Positions 52,582 through 60,507 are shown, counted from the first letter of the stretch. The stretch: DNA of 64,000 nt from Thermoplasmata archaeon (GCA_050749465.1 JBOGRO010000017.1:1191-65190), one strand, 5' to 3'. The notes: generated by a model from the letters alone, not told the origin. Translations and numbers: made by a program.

Positions 52582-53199
52582 TTGCGGCGCGCGCTCGGCA
52601 AACCGCACCCCCGGGTGGTGGGCGTGGACGACGGCGCGTTCGGCCGGGAGGACCGGTTCGCCCCGGTCGCGGCGGTCGTCGTCGCCCTCCCGGATCACGT
52701 CGAGGCGGTGCGCCTCGATCGCGTCCGGGTCGACGGGACGGACGGGAGCGAACGGGTCATCGCGGTCGTCGAGGCGACCGGCGCGACCGAGGGCGTTCGC
52801 GCCGTGCTCCTCGACGGGGCGGTCCTCGGCGGGTTCAACGTGCTCGACCTTGACCGGATCCACGCGGTCCTCGGCGTGCCGGTCATCGCCGTCACTCGCC
52901 GCCCACCGGATTTCGAGCGGATCCACGCCGCGCTCCGCAGCTGGTTCGGGCGGGATGCGGAGCGTCGATGGCGGCTCCTGCGCGCCCATCGCCTCCACCG
53001 GGTCGCGACCGAGGGGGCACCGCTCCTCGCCTCCGCGGTGGGCTGCCGCGCGAAGGACGCCGTCGACCTCGTTCGGCGCACGGCGGTACGCGGATTCTGG
53101 CCCGAGCCGCTGCGGCTCGCCCACTTGGTCGCGTCGGCCGCCGCTCCCGCGGGGAAGGGATTAAGGAACGGCCGACCGTCCGGAGCGTCGGGCCTGTAG
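52582..53199 (+). CDS. DUF99 (UPF0215) family protein
   Basis: The sequence reads VVGVDDGAF...VRVDGTDGSERV...VLLDGAVLGGFNVLDLDRIHAVLGVPVIAVTRRPPDFERIHAAL. The start is uncertain: TTG 52582 or GTG 52612. Its last 10 nt overlap the tRNA gene. Confidence 0.78.
   Translation: MRRALGKPHPRVVGVDDGAFGREDRFAPVAAVVVALPDHVEAVRLDRVRVDGTDGSERVIAVVEATGATEGVRAVLLDGAVLGGFNVLDLDRIHAVLGVPVIAVTRRPPDFERIHAALRSWFGRDAERRWRLLRAHRLHRVATEGAPLLASAVGCRAKDAVDLVRRTAVRGFWPEPLRLAHLVASAAAPAGKGLRNGRPSGASGL
53160..53167 (+). promoter_or_regulatory. TATA-like box (ATTAAGGA) 23-30 nt upstream of the tRNA-Arg 5' end
   Basis: An AT-rich element inside the DUF99 3' end, at the spacing expected for an archaeal tRNA promoter. Confidence 0.4.
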
Positions 53200-53296
53200 C
53201 TTAGCTTGGATCAAGTACTGGCCTTCTAAGCCAGCAAACTCGGGTTCAAAGGTCCCGGGCGCATCCCGCCCGGGGCGGAGAGTCCCGACAGGCCCG
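53190..53296 (+). tRNA. tRNA-Arg (anticodon UCU) with a roughly 32-nt insertion (putative intron) in the T-loop
   Basis: Hand fold:
- Acceptor stem GGGCCTG/CAGGCCC, 7 of 7 pairs.
- D-stem GCTT/AAGT.
- Anticodon stem CTGGC/GCCAG, 5 of 5 pairs.
- Anticodon loop CT-TCT-AA, with the anticodon at 53225-53227.
- Variable loop CAAAC.
- T-stem TCGGG (53240-53244) / CCCGA (53284-53288), 5 of 5 pairs, but separated by 39 nt instead of 7.
- Discriminator G at 53296. No CCA is encoded. Confidence 0.8.
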
Positions 53297-53304
53297 TCCC
53301 GACC

Positions 53305-54369
53305 TTACGTGGCGCCGACGCGCGCCGCGCACTCCGGGCAGAGGATCGACTTCGGGCCCGGCGGCAACGAGGCCCCGCAGAGCGGGCAGGTCGCGCGGGC
53401 GTCCGCGGCCGCGAGGAGCTCCTGGACGCTCGTGCGGAGCGCGGGGTCTCCCGCCGACGCGAACGACTCGGCACGGAACGCGGGCGCGTCGGGCATCGGA
53501 AGGAAGGCGTCACCCCGGGCGCGGTAGACACCGGTCCGGCGGTCGAACGTCACGAGCCGGTGCTGCACGAGCCCCTGGAGCGCGGAGTCGACGAGCTCGC
53601 GCAGCCCGCCGAAGACGTGGGAGAGCTCGACCGACGTGAGCCCGGGCGACTCGGCGAGCACCTCGAGGCAGCGGGCCCCGAGGAGCGACAGGTCGGAGCG
53701 CGCGAGGTACTCATCCAGCGCCCACGCGAACCGCGAGCTGCGCCGAACGCGTTTGCCCGGCGCAAGGCGGCCCGCGCGGGGGTCGCCGAGCAGCGTCGAG
53801 TGGACGAGGTCGAACTCGTAGCGGTACCGCTCCTCGGGAAGGTAGACGAGGACGGCGGCTCCGAACGGGACGAGCCCGTAGTGTCGGCAGGCCGAGAGCG
53901 ACTCCGCGGCGGTGCCGCGCAGCCGCCGTAGCTCCACCCGCGCGCCGCCGGCCGCCGCGCGCCGGTCGTCCTCCTCGGACCGAAGGAGGTAGTGCTCGCG
54001 CACGAGGACGCGCGCGATCCCCCGGATCGCCGGCCCCGGTTCGAGCGGGTGGACGTCGGCCGAGCCGTCGGCGGCGAAGCGGATCCGCTCGAACGGCAGG
54101 AGGAATCGCCACGCGGGCCCGAGCGTCGGGGCGGGGTCGAGCCGGACCTCGCCGGTCTCAAAGTTCGTCCCCCGGTCGGCGATCATCGCGTAGAGGTTCG
54201 GGTACTCCTTCCCGTCCGCCGAGATCGTGAAGCGCGCGAGCTCGGGGCGCCGGCGGGACAGGAACTCCTCCCCCGCGCGGGCGAGCGCGCGCTGGGAGTA
54301 GGCATCGTGCCGCCCACCGCCCAGCCCGGCGGCGAGCGCGTCAAGCTCCGACAGCGGGGTGGCGGTCAC
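53305..54369 (-). CDS. Hypothetical protein: unknown N-terminal domain of about 220 aa, a winged-helix domain and a C-terminal Zn-ribbon
   Basis: The wHTH-like segment reads LEVLAESPGLTSVELSHVFGGLRELVDSALQGLVQHRLVTFDRRTGVYR. The C-terminus is CPLCG...CPECA. The gene overlaps the GT4 gene by 29 nt. Confidence 0.6.
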   Translation of the reverse strand: MTATPLSELDALAAGLGGGRHDAYSQRALARAGEEFLSRRRPELARFTISADGKEYPNLYAMIADRGTNFETGEVRLDPAPTLGPAWRFLLPFERIRFAADGSADVHPLEPGPAIRGIARVLVREHYLLRSEEDDRRAAAGGARVELRRLRGTAAESLSACRHYGLVPFGAAVLVYLPEERYRYEFDLVHSTLLGDPRAGRLAPGKRVRRSSRFAWALDEYLARSDLSLLGARCLEVLAESPGLTSVELSHVFGGLRELVDSALQGLVQHRLVTFDRRTGVYRARGDAFLPMPDAPAFRAESFASAGDPALRTSVQELLAAADARATCPLCGASLPPGPKSILCPECAARVGAT

Positions 54370-55555
54370 GCGAGGGCCTCGATGTGATTGCCATCTCGTA
54401 GAGAGAGATAAAGCGACGGGCCATCGTGTCGAGGGAGCCGGTCCGACGCACGTGCTCGGCGGCGAGGCGCGCGAGCCGCCGGCGCTCGTCCGGCCGGTCG
54501 AGGAGGTCGACGATCGCGCTCGAGAGCGCGCCGGGCTCGAGGACCGAGAACCGGCGACCGGTGACGCCGTCCTCGATCACCTCGGCCGCCCCGCCCGAGG
54601 CCGGCGCGAGAACGGTCGCCGCCGAGGCCATCGCCTCGAGCAGCGCGACGCTCGACGTGTCGCTTGTCGACGGAAGCACGAAGACGTCGGTCTGAGAAAG
54701 GAGCGCGGGCTTCTCCTCCTCGGCGACGGGCCCGAGGTACCGGACCCGCTCGGAGAGGCGAGGAGACCGGGCGATCCGCTCGCGGACGGCGGCTTCCTCG
54801 GGGCCGGTGCCGCCGATGACGGCGGAGAGGTCGCCGTGCGCGAGCGCTTCCTCGACCGCGTCGAGGAAGCGGTGGACCCCCTTGTCGACCGTGAGCCGAC
54901 CGAGGTACGTCACGAGCGGGTCGGAGGGGAGCCCGCACCGGGCCCGCCAATCGGGGATGGAGAGGCCGGGTCGGAACCGATCGACGTCGATCCCGTTCGG
55001 AACGACCTCGATCGGCCGCCGGAACGGCTTCGCGGCGGTGGAGAGCAGCACGTCCCGGGCGGCGGCGCTCGGCGCAGTCGCGATGTCGCACCGCCAGTAC
55101 GTCCCGAGGTTGTACCATGCCGCGACCCGGAAGAACGTCGGTACGAGGAGCCGCCGCGGGACGCTCGAGCGCATCTCGGCGATGTTCGTGTGGAACGTCC
55201 CGACGAGCGGGCGGTGGAACCGCCGCGCCGAGAGGAACCCCGCGCTGCCGATCCCTCCGGGAGTATGGAGGTGAACGACATCCGCGTCCTCGACCCGTCG
55301 GCGGGCGCGGACGAGCGAGAACGGGTTGAGCGGCCAACGGTACTGGGAGTAGAGCGGCACCGGTAGCGAGCGGATCCGCGTGACCTCGACGCCGTCGGCG
55401 TCGCGCTCCTCCCGCTCTCTTCCGGAGACCGGGTTCGGGGCGAAGACGCGGACCGAGTGGCCGAGTCGGCGGAGCGACCGGGCGAGCCCGTCCGTGACGG
55501 TCGCGACCCCGTCCCGCATTGGGACGTAGGAGTCGGTGAAGAAGACGACCTCCAT
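54341..55555 (-). CDS. Glycosyltransferase family 4 (GT-B fold)
   Basis: The N-terminal Glyco_transf_4 region reads FFTDSYVPMRDGVATV...LGHSVRVFAP. The C-terminal Glycos_transf_1 region reads LGRLTVDKGV...VLPSTSDTSSVALLEAMASAATVLAPASGGAAEVIEDGVTG. Confidence 0.88.
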   Translation of the reverse strand: MEVVFFTDSYVPMRDGVATVTDGLARSLRRLGHSVRVFAPNPVSGREREERDADGVEVTRIRSLPVPLYSQYRWPLNPFSLVRARRRVEDADVVHLHTPGGIGSAGFLSARRFHRPLVGTFHTNIAEMRSSVPRRLLVPTFFRVAAWYNLGTYWRCDIATAPSAAARDVLLSTAAKPFRRPIEVVPNGIDVDRFRPGLSIPDWRARCGLPSDPLVTYLGRLTVDKGVHRFLDAVEEALAHGDLSAVIGGTGPEEAAVRERIARSPRLSERVRYLGPVAEEEKPALLSQTDVFVLPSTSDTSSVALLEAMASAATVLAPASGGAAEVIEDGVTGRRFSVLEPGALSSAIVDLLDRPDERRRLARLAAEHVRRTGSLDTMARRFISLYEMAITSRPSRDRHPAVGA

Positions 55556-55642
55556 CGCGCACCGCCCGACCCGGATGGCGCGCCGGAGGGTCGTATCCTT
55601 TTGGGTCCGATGGCACCGTCGCCGGGGGAAGGCTCCGCGAGC

Positions 55643-56428
55643 CTACAAAACGGTCCGGAACGCCCGCTCGAGCCGGCTCAGCTCGCGCGTGTCGAGCGAG
55701 CGTCGGTCGAACGAGACGACGAGCGCGGAGCCGGTCTGCTCGACCTGCCCGACGAGCCAGTTGACGAACTTGAGCGTCAGTTCGAGACCGTACTCCCCGG
55801 TGAGGTACTCGAGCGCGTCCACGTAGACGAGCGCACCGCCGGGCGCCTCGGTCGGCTCGCGGAGATGACCGCCGACCTCCCCGGGCGAAAGCGGGCCGCC
55901 GGCGGGGACGCCGCTCCCATTCGGAACGATGTCCGTGCGTCGATCCTTCGAGAGGCCGGGGAGCTCGGGGGGATGGAGCGAGACGATCGCCGCGCGGGGG
56001 AACTCGTGGACGTTCGCGCGCACGAGCTCGACCCCGCGCGCGGGCCGCTCCTCGCGGACGAGGAGGCTCCGACCGGGGCGGAGTCGGTTCGCGGCGACGC
56101 TCTCGGTGCCGAACGGGGCCGCCCACGGTCGCGCCGGTTGCGGCGCGCGGAGCAGTGAGTTCCACGCGGGGCGGCGGGGGGGGCCTAGCAGGCTCCGTCG
56201 CTTGAGCTCGACCTCCTCGTCGAGGCGCGCGAGTCGGCTCTCGACCAGGATCCGCAGCTCCTGCGCGGTGTGACCGCGCGACGTGTGCTGCAGGACCTCG
56301 CGGAGGCCGCTGCGGACCCCTTCCTCGTAGCCGGCGGCGTAGGTCCGGGCGAACTCCTCATCCGCCGGCGGTTCCGCGTCCGCGGGCGGCGGGGGGGACG
56401 GGCCGTTCCGCCGTTCGGGAGCGCTCAC
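55643..56428 (-). CDS. DUF835-domain protein, translationally coupled to the DUF35 gene
   Basis: The GTG at 56428 is in a GTGA overlap with the DUF35 stop. The C-terminal DUF835 region reads GRSLLVREERP...ALVYVDALEYLTGEYGLELTLKFVNWLVGQVEQTGSALVVSFDRRSLDTRELSRLERAF. Confidence 0.75.
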   Translation of the reverse strand: MSAPERRNGPSPPPPADAEPPADEEFARTYAAGYEEGVRSGLREVLQHTSRGHTAQELRILVESRLARLDEEVELKRRSLLGPPRRPAWNSLLRAPQPARPWAAPFGTESVAANRLRPGRSLLVREERPARGVELVRANVHEFPRAAIVSLHPPELPGLSKDRRTDIVPNGSGVPAGGPLSPGEVGGHLREPTEAPGGALVYVDALEYLTGEYGLELTLKFVNWLVGQVEQTGSALVVSFDRRSLDTRELSRLERAFRTVL

Positions 56429-56913
56429 GCGGACGCCCGGTCGCTCTCCGTCGCGGACGTCGCTCGGACGGCGGCGGCCGGCCGGCCCGGGGGCCGGAGC
56501 GGCGTGTCCTCGGTGGGAGCGAACTTGTAGCCGTAGTGGATGACGCCCGCCTTCCCCTCCTCCCGGAGCTTGCGGAACGTCGCGTGGACCTTCAGCCCGA
56601 TCCGGACCTCGGACGGGTCGAGGTCGACGACCTGGCCGGTCAGCGTGGGTCCCTCGACCGTCCGGACGAGCGCGAGGATGTACGGGACCTGCATCTCGAA
56701 CCCCTCCGCCGCTTCGTGGACGACCGTGAACGAGAAGACCTCGCCGTCCCCCGAGAGCTGGAACGGGACCATCTTCTCGATCGACTCGCGGTGGTGGGCG
56801 CACGTCGGGCAGACGGAGCGGGGTGGGAAGTACGCCGTGCCGCACATCGTGCAACGCGACCCGCCGAGGTTGTATCGGCGCGGGGTCTCGCGCCAGAACC
56901 GTGCGATCGACAT
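56425..56913 (-). CDS. DUF35 Zn-ribbon/OB-fold protein (scaffold of the archaeal thiolase/HMG-CoA synthase complex)
   Basis: The sequence reads RFWRETPRRYNLGGSRCTMCGTAYFPPRSVCPTC...FSFTVVH...VPYILALV...GVIHYGYKFAP. Confidence 0.9.
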   Translation of the reverse strand: MSIARFWRETPRRYNLGGSRCTMCGTAYFPPRSVCPTCAHHRESIEKMVPFQLSGDGEVFSFTVVHEAAEGFEMQVPYILALVRTVEGPTLTGQVVDLDPSEVRIGLKVHATFRKLREEGKAGVIHYGYKFAPTEDTPLRPPGRPAAAVRATSATESDRASA

Positions 56914-56922
56914 CGGTCCCTC

Positions 56923-58092
56923 CTACGCCGCCCGCTCGAGGAGCGTGACGACGCTGGTCGCGCCGGTGCCGCCCACGTCGTGGGCGAGGGCGAACGAAGC
57001 GTTGGCGACCTGTCGGTCCTTCGCCTCGCCGCGGAGCTGGCGGACGAGCTCAACCACCTGCGCGACGCCGACCGCGCCGAACGGGCGGCCCTGCGCCTTG
57101 AGGCCGCCGGACATGTTCACGGGAATGTCGCCGGACGGGCCGAAGCGGCCCGCCTCGAAATCGGGCCCGGCCCGGCCCTTCTCCGAGAAGCCGAGGTCCT
57201 CGAGCGCCACCAGCGCCGAGATCGTGTAGGCGTCGTTGATCTCCGCGACGTCGACGTCGGCCGGGGCGCGGCGCGCCCGCTCGAAGGCGCGGCGCGCGGC
57301 GACCGCGGTCGACTCGAGCGTCGTGATGTCCTGCCGGTGCTGGACGGCCATCGTGTCGCACGCGACCTGGCTCGCCGCGATGCGAATCGGGGTGTCGGTG
57401 TAGCGGCGAGCGACCTCGAGTGGCCCGAGGACCACGGCCGCCGCGCCGTCCGAGAGCGGGGCGCAGTCGAAGACCCCGAGCGGTTCGGCGACCGGCCCCG
57501 CGCCGATCACCTGCTCGAGCGTGATGCGGTTGCGGTAGTGGGCATTCGGGTTCTTCGTGCCCATCTCGTGGGCGTGGACGGCGACCCGCGCGAGCTGCTC
57601 GCGCGTCGTGCCGTACTGGTGCATGTGGCGCCGCGCGATGAGCGCCCAGAGCGCGGGCAAGGTCGCGCCGAAGACGACCTCCCACTCGTGGTCGGCGGCG
57701 GCGCTCGTGATCTGGTTGCCAGTGACGTCCGGTACATCGGTCAACTTCTCGGCCCCGCCGACGACGACGAAGTCGTAGAGTCCGCTCGCGACCGCAAGAT
57801 ATCCCTGGTGGAGCGCGAGCGAGCCCGAGGCACCGCCGCCCTCCACGCGGACCGCGGGGAGGTGACGGCCGCCGAGTCCGGCATAGTCGAGGATCAACGG
57901 ACCGATGTGCTCCTGGTCGATCAGCGAGCCCGACGCCATGTTGCCGAGGAAAAGCGCGCCGAGATCGGCGGACGAGAGCTTCGCGTTGACGAGCGCCTGG
58001 AGGCCGGCCTCGATCCCGATCTCGCGGAACGAACGGTCCCACAGTTCGCCGAACTTCGTCATGCCGACGCCGAGGACCGCGACGTCGCGCAC
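56923..58092 (-). CDS. Thiolase-like protein (archaeal SCP2-type acetyl-CoA acetyltransferase homolog) lacking the catalytic Cys/His/Cys residues
   Basis: Similarity to archaeal thiolases is strong over the full length (MRDVAVLGVGMTKFGELWDRSF..., GGAEKLTDV, DCAPLSDGAAAVVL, HDVGGTGA). The three active-site motifs, however, read VEGGGASG, NDAY and GRPFGAVG. Confidence 0.85.
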   Translation of the reverse strand: MRDVAVLGVGMTKFGELWDRSFREIGIEAGLQALVNAKLSSADLGALFLGNMASGSLIDQEHIGPLILDYAGLGGRHLPAVRVEGGGASGSLALHQGYLAVASGLYDFVVVGGAEKLTDVPDVTGNQITSAAADHEWEVVFGATLPALWALIARRHMHQYGTTREQLARVAVHAHEMGTKNPNAHYRNRITLEQVIGAGPVAEPLGVFDCAPLSDGAAAVVLGPLEVARRYTDTPIRIAASQVACDTMAVQHRQDITTLESTAVAARRAFERARRAPADVDVAEINDAYTISALVALEDLGFSEKGRAGPDFEAGRFGPSGDIPVNMSGGLKAQGRPFGAVGVAQVVELVRQLRGEAKDRQVANASFALAHDVGGTGATSVVTLLERAA

Positions 58093-58094
58093 GC

Positions 58095-59147
58095 TCAGCT
58101 CCCTCCCATGTGGATCTTGCCGCGGTACTTCGCGTAGACCCCGTAGGAGAGCTCGATCCCGCTATCGAGGTACGACTGCACGGATCGTCCGAACGAGTGG
58201 TCGTACCGCGCGATCTCGTCGGTCGTCGTGAGGTCGAAAGCGTCCGAGCCCGCGCCCGAGCCGTATCCGACCATGAGGATCCGCTCATCGGGCCCCGCGT
58301 GGTCCAGCACGTTCGCGAGACCGAGGAGCGCCGCCGCCGAGTAGGTGTTGCCGATGTACGGGGTCACCAGGCCGTAGCGCATCTGCGCCTCGGAAAAGCC
58401 GAGCTGCTTCCCCACCCGCTGCGGGAACTTTCCGTTCGGCTGGTGGAAGACGACGTGACGGTAGTCCTTCGGCTCGGTCCCGCTCGCTTCCATGATCCGG
58501 TGCGCGCACTCCGTCTCGTGTCGGAAGTAGGCGGGCTCGCCGGTGAACCGGCCGCTGTGGCTCGGGTACCGCTGGCCCTCGCGCCGCCAGAAGTCGGGCG
58601 TATCGGTCGTGTAGGAGACCGTCCGATCGACCCGCGCGATGACGTGCTCGCGCCCGATGACGAACGCGGCGCCGCCCGCGCTCGCGGAGTACTCGAGCGC
58701 GTCGCCGGGCGCCCCCTGAGAGGTGTCGGTTCCGATCGCGACGCCGTAGCGGACCATCTCCGACCCCACGAGGCCGAGGCACGTCTGGATCGCGGCGGTC
58801 CCCGCTTTACAGGCGAACTCGAAGTCGGCGGCGGTGAGGTTGGGCGTCGCGCCGACCGCCTGGGCGACGACCGTCGCCGTCGGCTTCACGGCGTAGGGAT
58901 GCGACTCGGAGCCGACGTAGATCGCGCCGATCTGCTGGGGATCGATCGCGCCGCGGACGAGCGCGACGCGCAGTGCCTCGGTCGAGATCGTGATCGTGTC
59001 CTCGTCCGGCGCCGGGACGCTCTTGCGGTGGACGTTCAGACCCTGCCCCATGCTCTCCCCGTCCGAGCCCCAGACCCGACCGATCTCGACCGGGGTGATG
59101 CGGTAGCGGGGGACATACGCGCCGTAGCTCACGATTCCTGCGTCCAT
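58095..59147 (-). CDS. Hydroxymethylglutaryl-CoA synthase (archaeal type)
   Basis: The sequence starts [17 protein letters not shown]... The catalytic Glu (GSESHPY), Cys (FEFACKAGT) and His ([11 protein letters not shown]) are present, as is GNTYSAA. Confidence 0.92.
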   Translation of the reverse strand: MDAGIVSYGAYVPRYRITPVEIGRVWGSDGESMGQGLNVHRKSVPAPDEDTITISTEALRVALVRGAIDPQQIGAIYVGSESHPYAVKPTATVVAQAVGATPNLTAADFEFACKAGTAAIQTCLGLVGSEMVRYGVAIGTDTSQGAPGDALEYSASAGGAAFVIGREHVIARVDRTVSYTTDTPDFWRREGQRYPSHSGRFTGEPAYFRHETECAHRIMEASGTEPKDYRHVVFHQPNGKFPQRVGKQLGFSEAQMRYGLVTPYIGNTYSAAALLGLANVLDHAGPDERILMVGYGSGAGSDAFDLTTTDEIARYDHSFGRSVQSYLDSGIELSYGVYAKYRGKIHMGGS

Positions 59148-59162
59148 TCGTTTCCCTTCCAG

Positions 59163-59840
59163 TTACAGTTCCTCGAGCCGCTCGAGCACCGCGGGCGCGG
59201 CGAGCGACGTCGTGAGGAGGGGGATGTTCTCGACCTCGGAGAGTCGGATCGCGAGCGGGTCGACCCGGCCCGGGTTCGCAAAGACGACGGCCGCGGGCTT
59301 GAGCGGATGGGCCCGGATCGCGACCATCGGCGAGCGGCCGTACTTGACGTTCGAGAAGATCAGCGCGCGCTGGGTCGTCCAGCCGTAGACCTCCACGAAG
59401 TGCGACGCGTCGATCGAGAGGATCGCGCGGGGCGCGTCAAGTATCGTGAACCCGTGGATGTCGCGGTGGAGGTCCACGCGGCTCATCGCGCGCGCCTCGA
59501 GCCGGTCGGCGAACGACTTCAGTGGGATCGCGACCGCGAACTCGCGCATCCCGAGGATGCCGTCGGAGTGCGCGTGGACCCCGAGGCGCTGGCCGACCTT
59601 CCCGCCGTGGTCGGCGTCGACCGCGAGGAGGGCGTCGACGTAGCGGCGGATGAACCCGGCGCCGGGGCTGACCCGCCGCTCCGACTCGTAGTCGCTGACC
59701 ACGGACGGGACGGTCTGCAGATGCTTTGCGAGGTCGCGCTGGGAGATGCCGAAATCTTCCCGCCACTTGCGAAGCGTACGCCCCGGGTGGGGGGAGAGGA
59801 CGACCTCTCCGGCCATCTTCTCTCGGATCTCCGCTTCCAC
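59163..59840 (-). CDS. XRE-family HTH transcriptional regulator with a C-terminal domain, first gene of the mevalonate operon
   Basis: The HTH_3 segment reads LRKWREDFGISQRDLAKHLQTVPSVVSDYESERR. I prefer the GTG at 59840, which lies 23-29 nt downstream of the TATA box at 59863-59869. The track ORF start at 59903 would place the TATA box inside the CDS. Confidence 0.8.
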   Translation of the reverse strand: MEAEIREKMAGEVVLSPHPGRTLRKWREDFGISQRDLAKHLQTVPSVVSDYESERRVSPGAGFIRRYVDALLAVDADHGGKVGQRLGVHAHSDGILGMREFAVAIPLKSFADRLEARAMSRVDLHRDIHGFTILDAPRAILSIDASHFVEVYGWTTQRALIFSNVKYGRSPMVAIRAHPLKPAAVVFANPGRVDPLAIRLSEVENIPLLTTSLAAPAVLERLEEL

Positions 59841-59862
59841 GGGCCCGCGAGACGGACCGCGG

Positions 59863-59869
59863 TATAAAT
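59863..59869 (-). promoter_or_regulatory. TATA box (ATTTATA on the minus strand) for the regulator-HMGCS-thiolase-DUF35-DUF835 operon
   Basis: The sequence TATAAAT is at 59863-59869. An in-frame GTG lies 23-29 nt downstream, which implies a leaderless transcript. Confidence 0.5.
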
Positions 59870-59996
59870 CGCTAACCTTCCTGTCGGTCGTGGGTCTCGA
59901 CAAGTGCCGATGGCCGACGCCGGTTATCGAGGGAGTGGACCGGGCGAGACTCTCCGGGGCGGGACGCGGGCCCGCCCCCTTTGAACTCGCGACCTC

Positions 59997-60011
59997 TACC
60001 TTGCCAAGGTA
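59997..60011. promoter_or_regulatory. Perfect 15-bp palindrome TACCTTGCCAAGGTA in a divergent intergenic region
   Basis: Two 7-bp arms surround a central C. It lies between the XRE-regulator operon and the PAC2 operon and is a candidate operator. Confidence 0.4.
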
Positions 60012-60061
60012 GCGATCTTCCGCTGATCTACCGGCCCACGCCGGCCGCCGAACACCGCTTC

Positions 60062-60078
60062 CCGATAAGGGTTATCGG
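60062..60078. promoter_or_regulatory. Palindrome CCGATAA-GGG-TTATCGG
   Basis: Perfect 7-bp arms. A third TTATCG half-site lies at 59924-59929. Confidence 0.4.
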
Positions 60079-60145
60079 TCTCCCCGCGACCGACCGGTGC
60101 CGCCGCGTCCAAACGCTTATGGCTCGGTCCCGGCTCCGCCGGCCG

Positions 60146-60505
60146 ATGGCCGAAGAGGGCTCGTCCGGGGAGCCGATCGACATGCTCGTGAAGAGCACCC
60201 GCGACCTCCTGCGGCCGGAGGAGCTCGTCCGCGAGGCGACCCGCGACATCGTCAAGGACGAGATCCGACGCCACCTCGAGAAGACCCTCCACGAGGACCC
60301 GCGCCTCGAAAGCGACCTCCGCGACGCGGTCCGCGACCTCCTGGCGGCGCGGGCCACCGAATACGCCGCGCTCGTGCGGGTCGGCACGGCGACCGCCCGA
60401 CTGGGACTCCACGCGCTGCCGCCCGAAGTGCGGCGGGCGCTGACGAAGGACCTCGTCGACCTTCTCTCGAAAGAACTCGGGCAGATCGTCGAGAGGTCGC
60501 TGTAG
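60146..60505 (+). CDS. Hypothetical small helical protein upstream of the PAC2 gene
   Basis: The sequence MAEEGSSGEPIDMLVKSTRDLLRPEELVREATRDIVKDEIRRHLEK... has balanced charge. An alternative ATG lies at 60119. The 5' part of the track ORF (from 59981) has low GC3. Confidence 0.55.
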   Translation: MAEEGSSGEPIDMLVKSTRDLLRPEELVREATRDIVKDEIRRHLEKTLHEDPRLESDLRDAVRDLLAARATEYAALVRVGTATARLGLHALPPEVRRALTKDLVDLLSKELGQIVERSL

Positions 60506-60507
60506 TC

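Noticed and set aside
53297-56428. An integrated element or genomic island inserted at the tRNA-Arg 3' end.
   Set aside because: There is no integrase or recombinase gene. I did not spot a direct repeat of the tRNA 3' half downstream. The following genes run straight into a core mevalonate operon.
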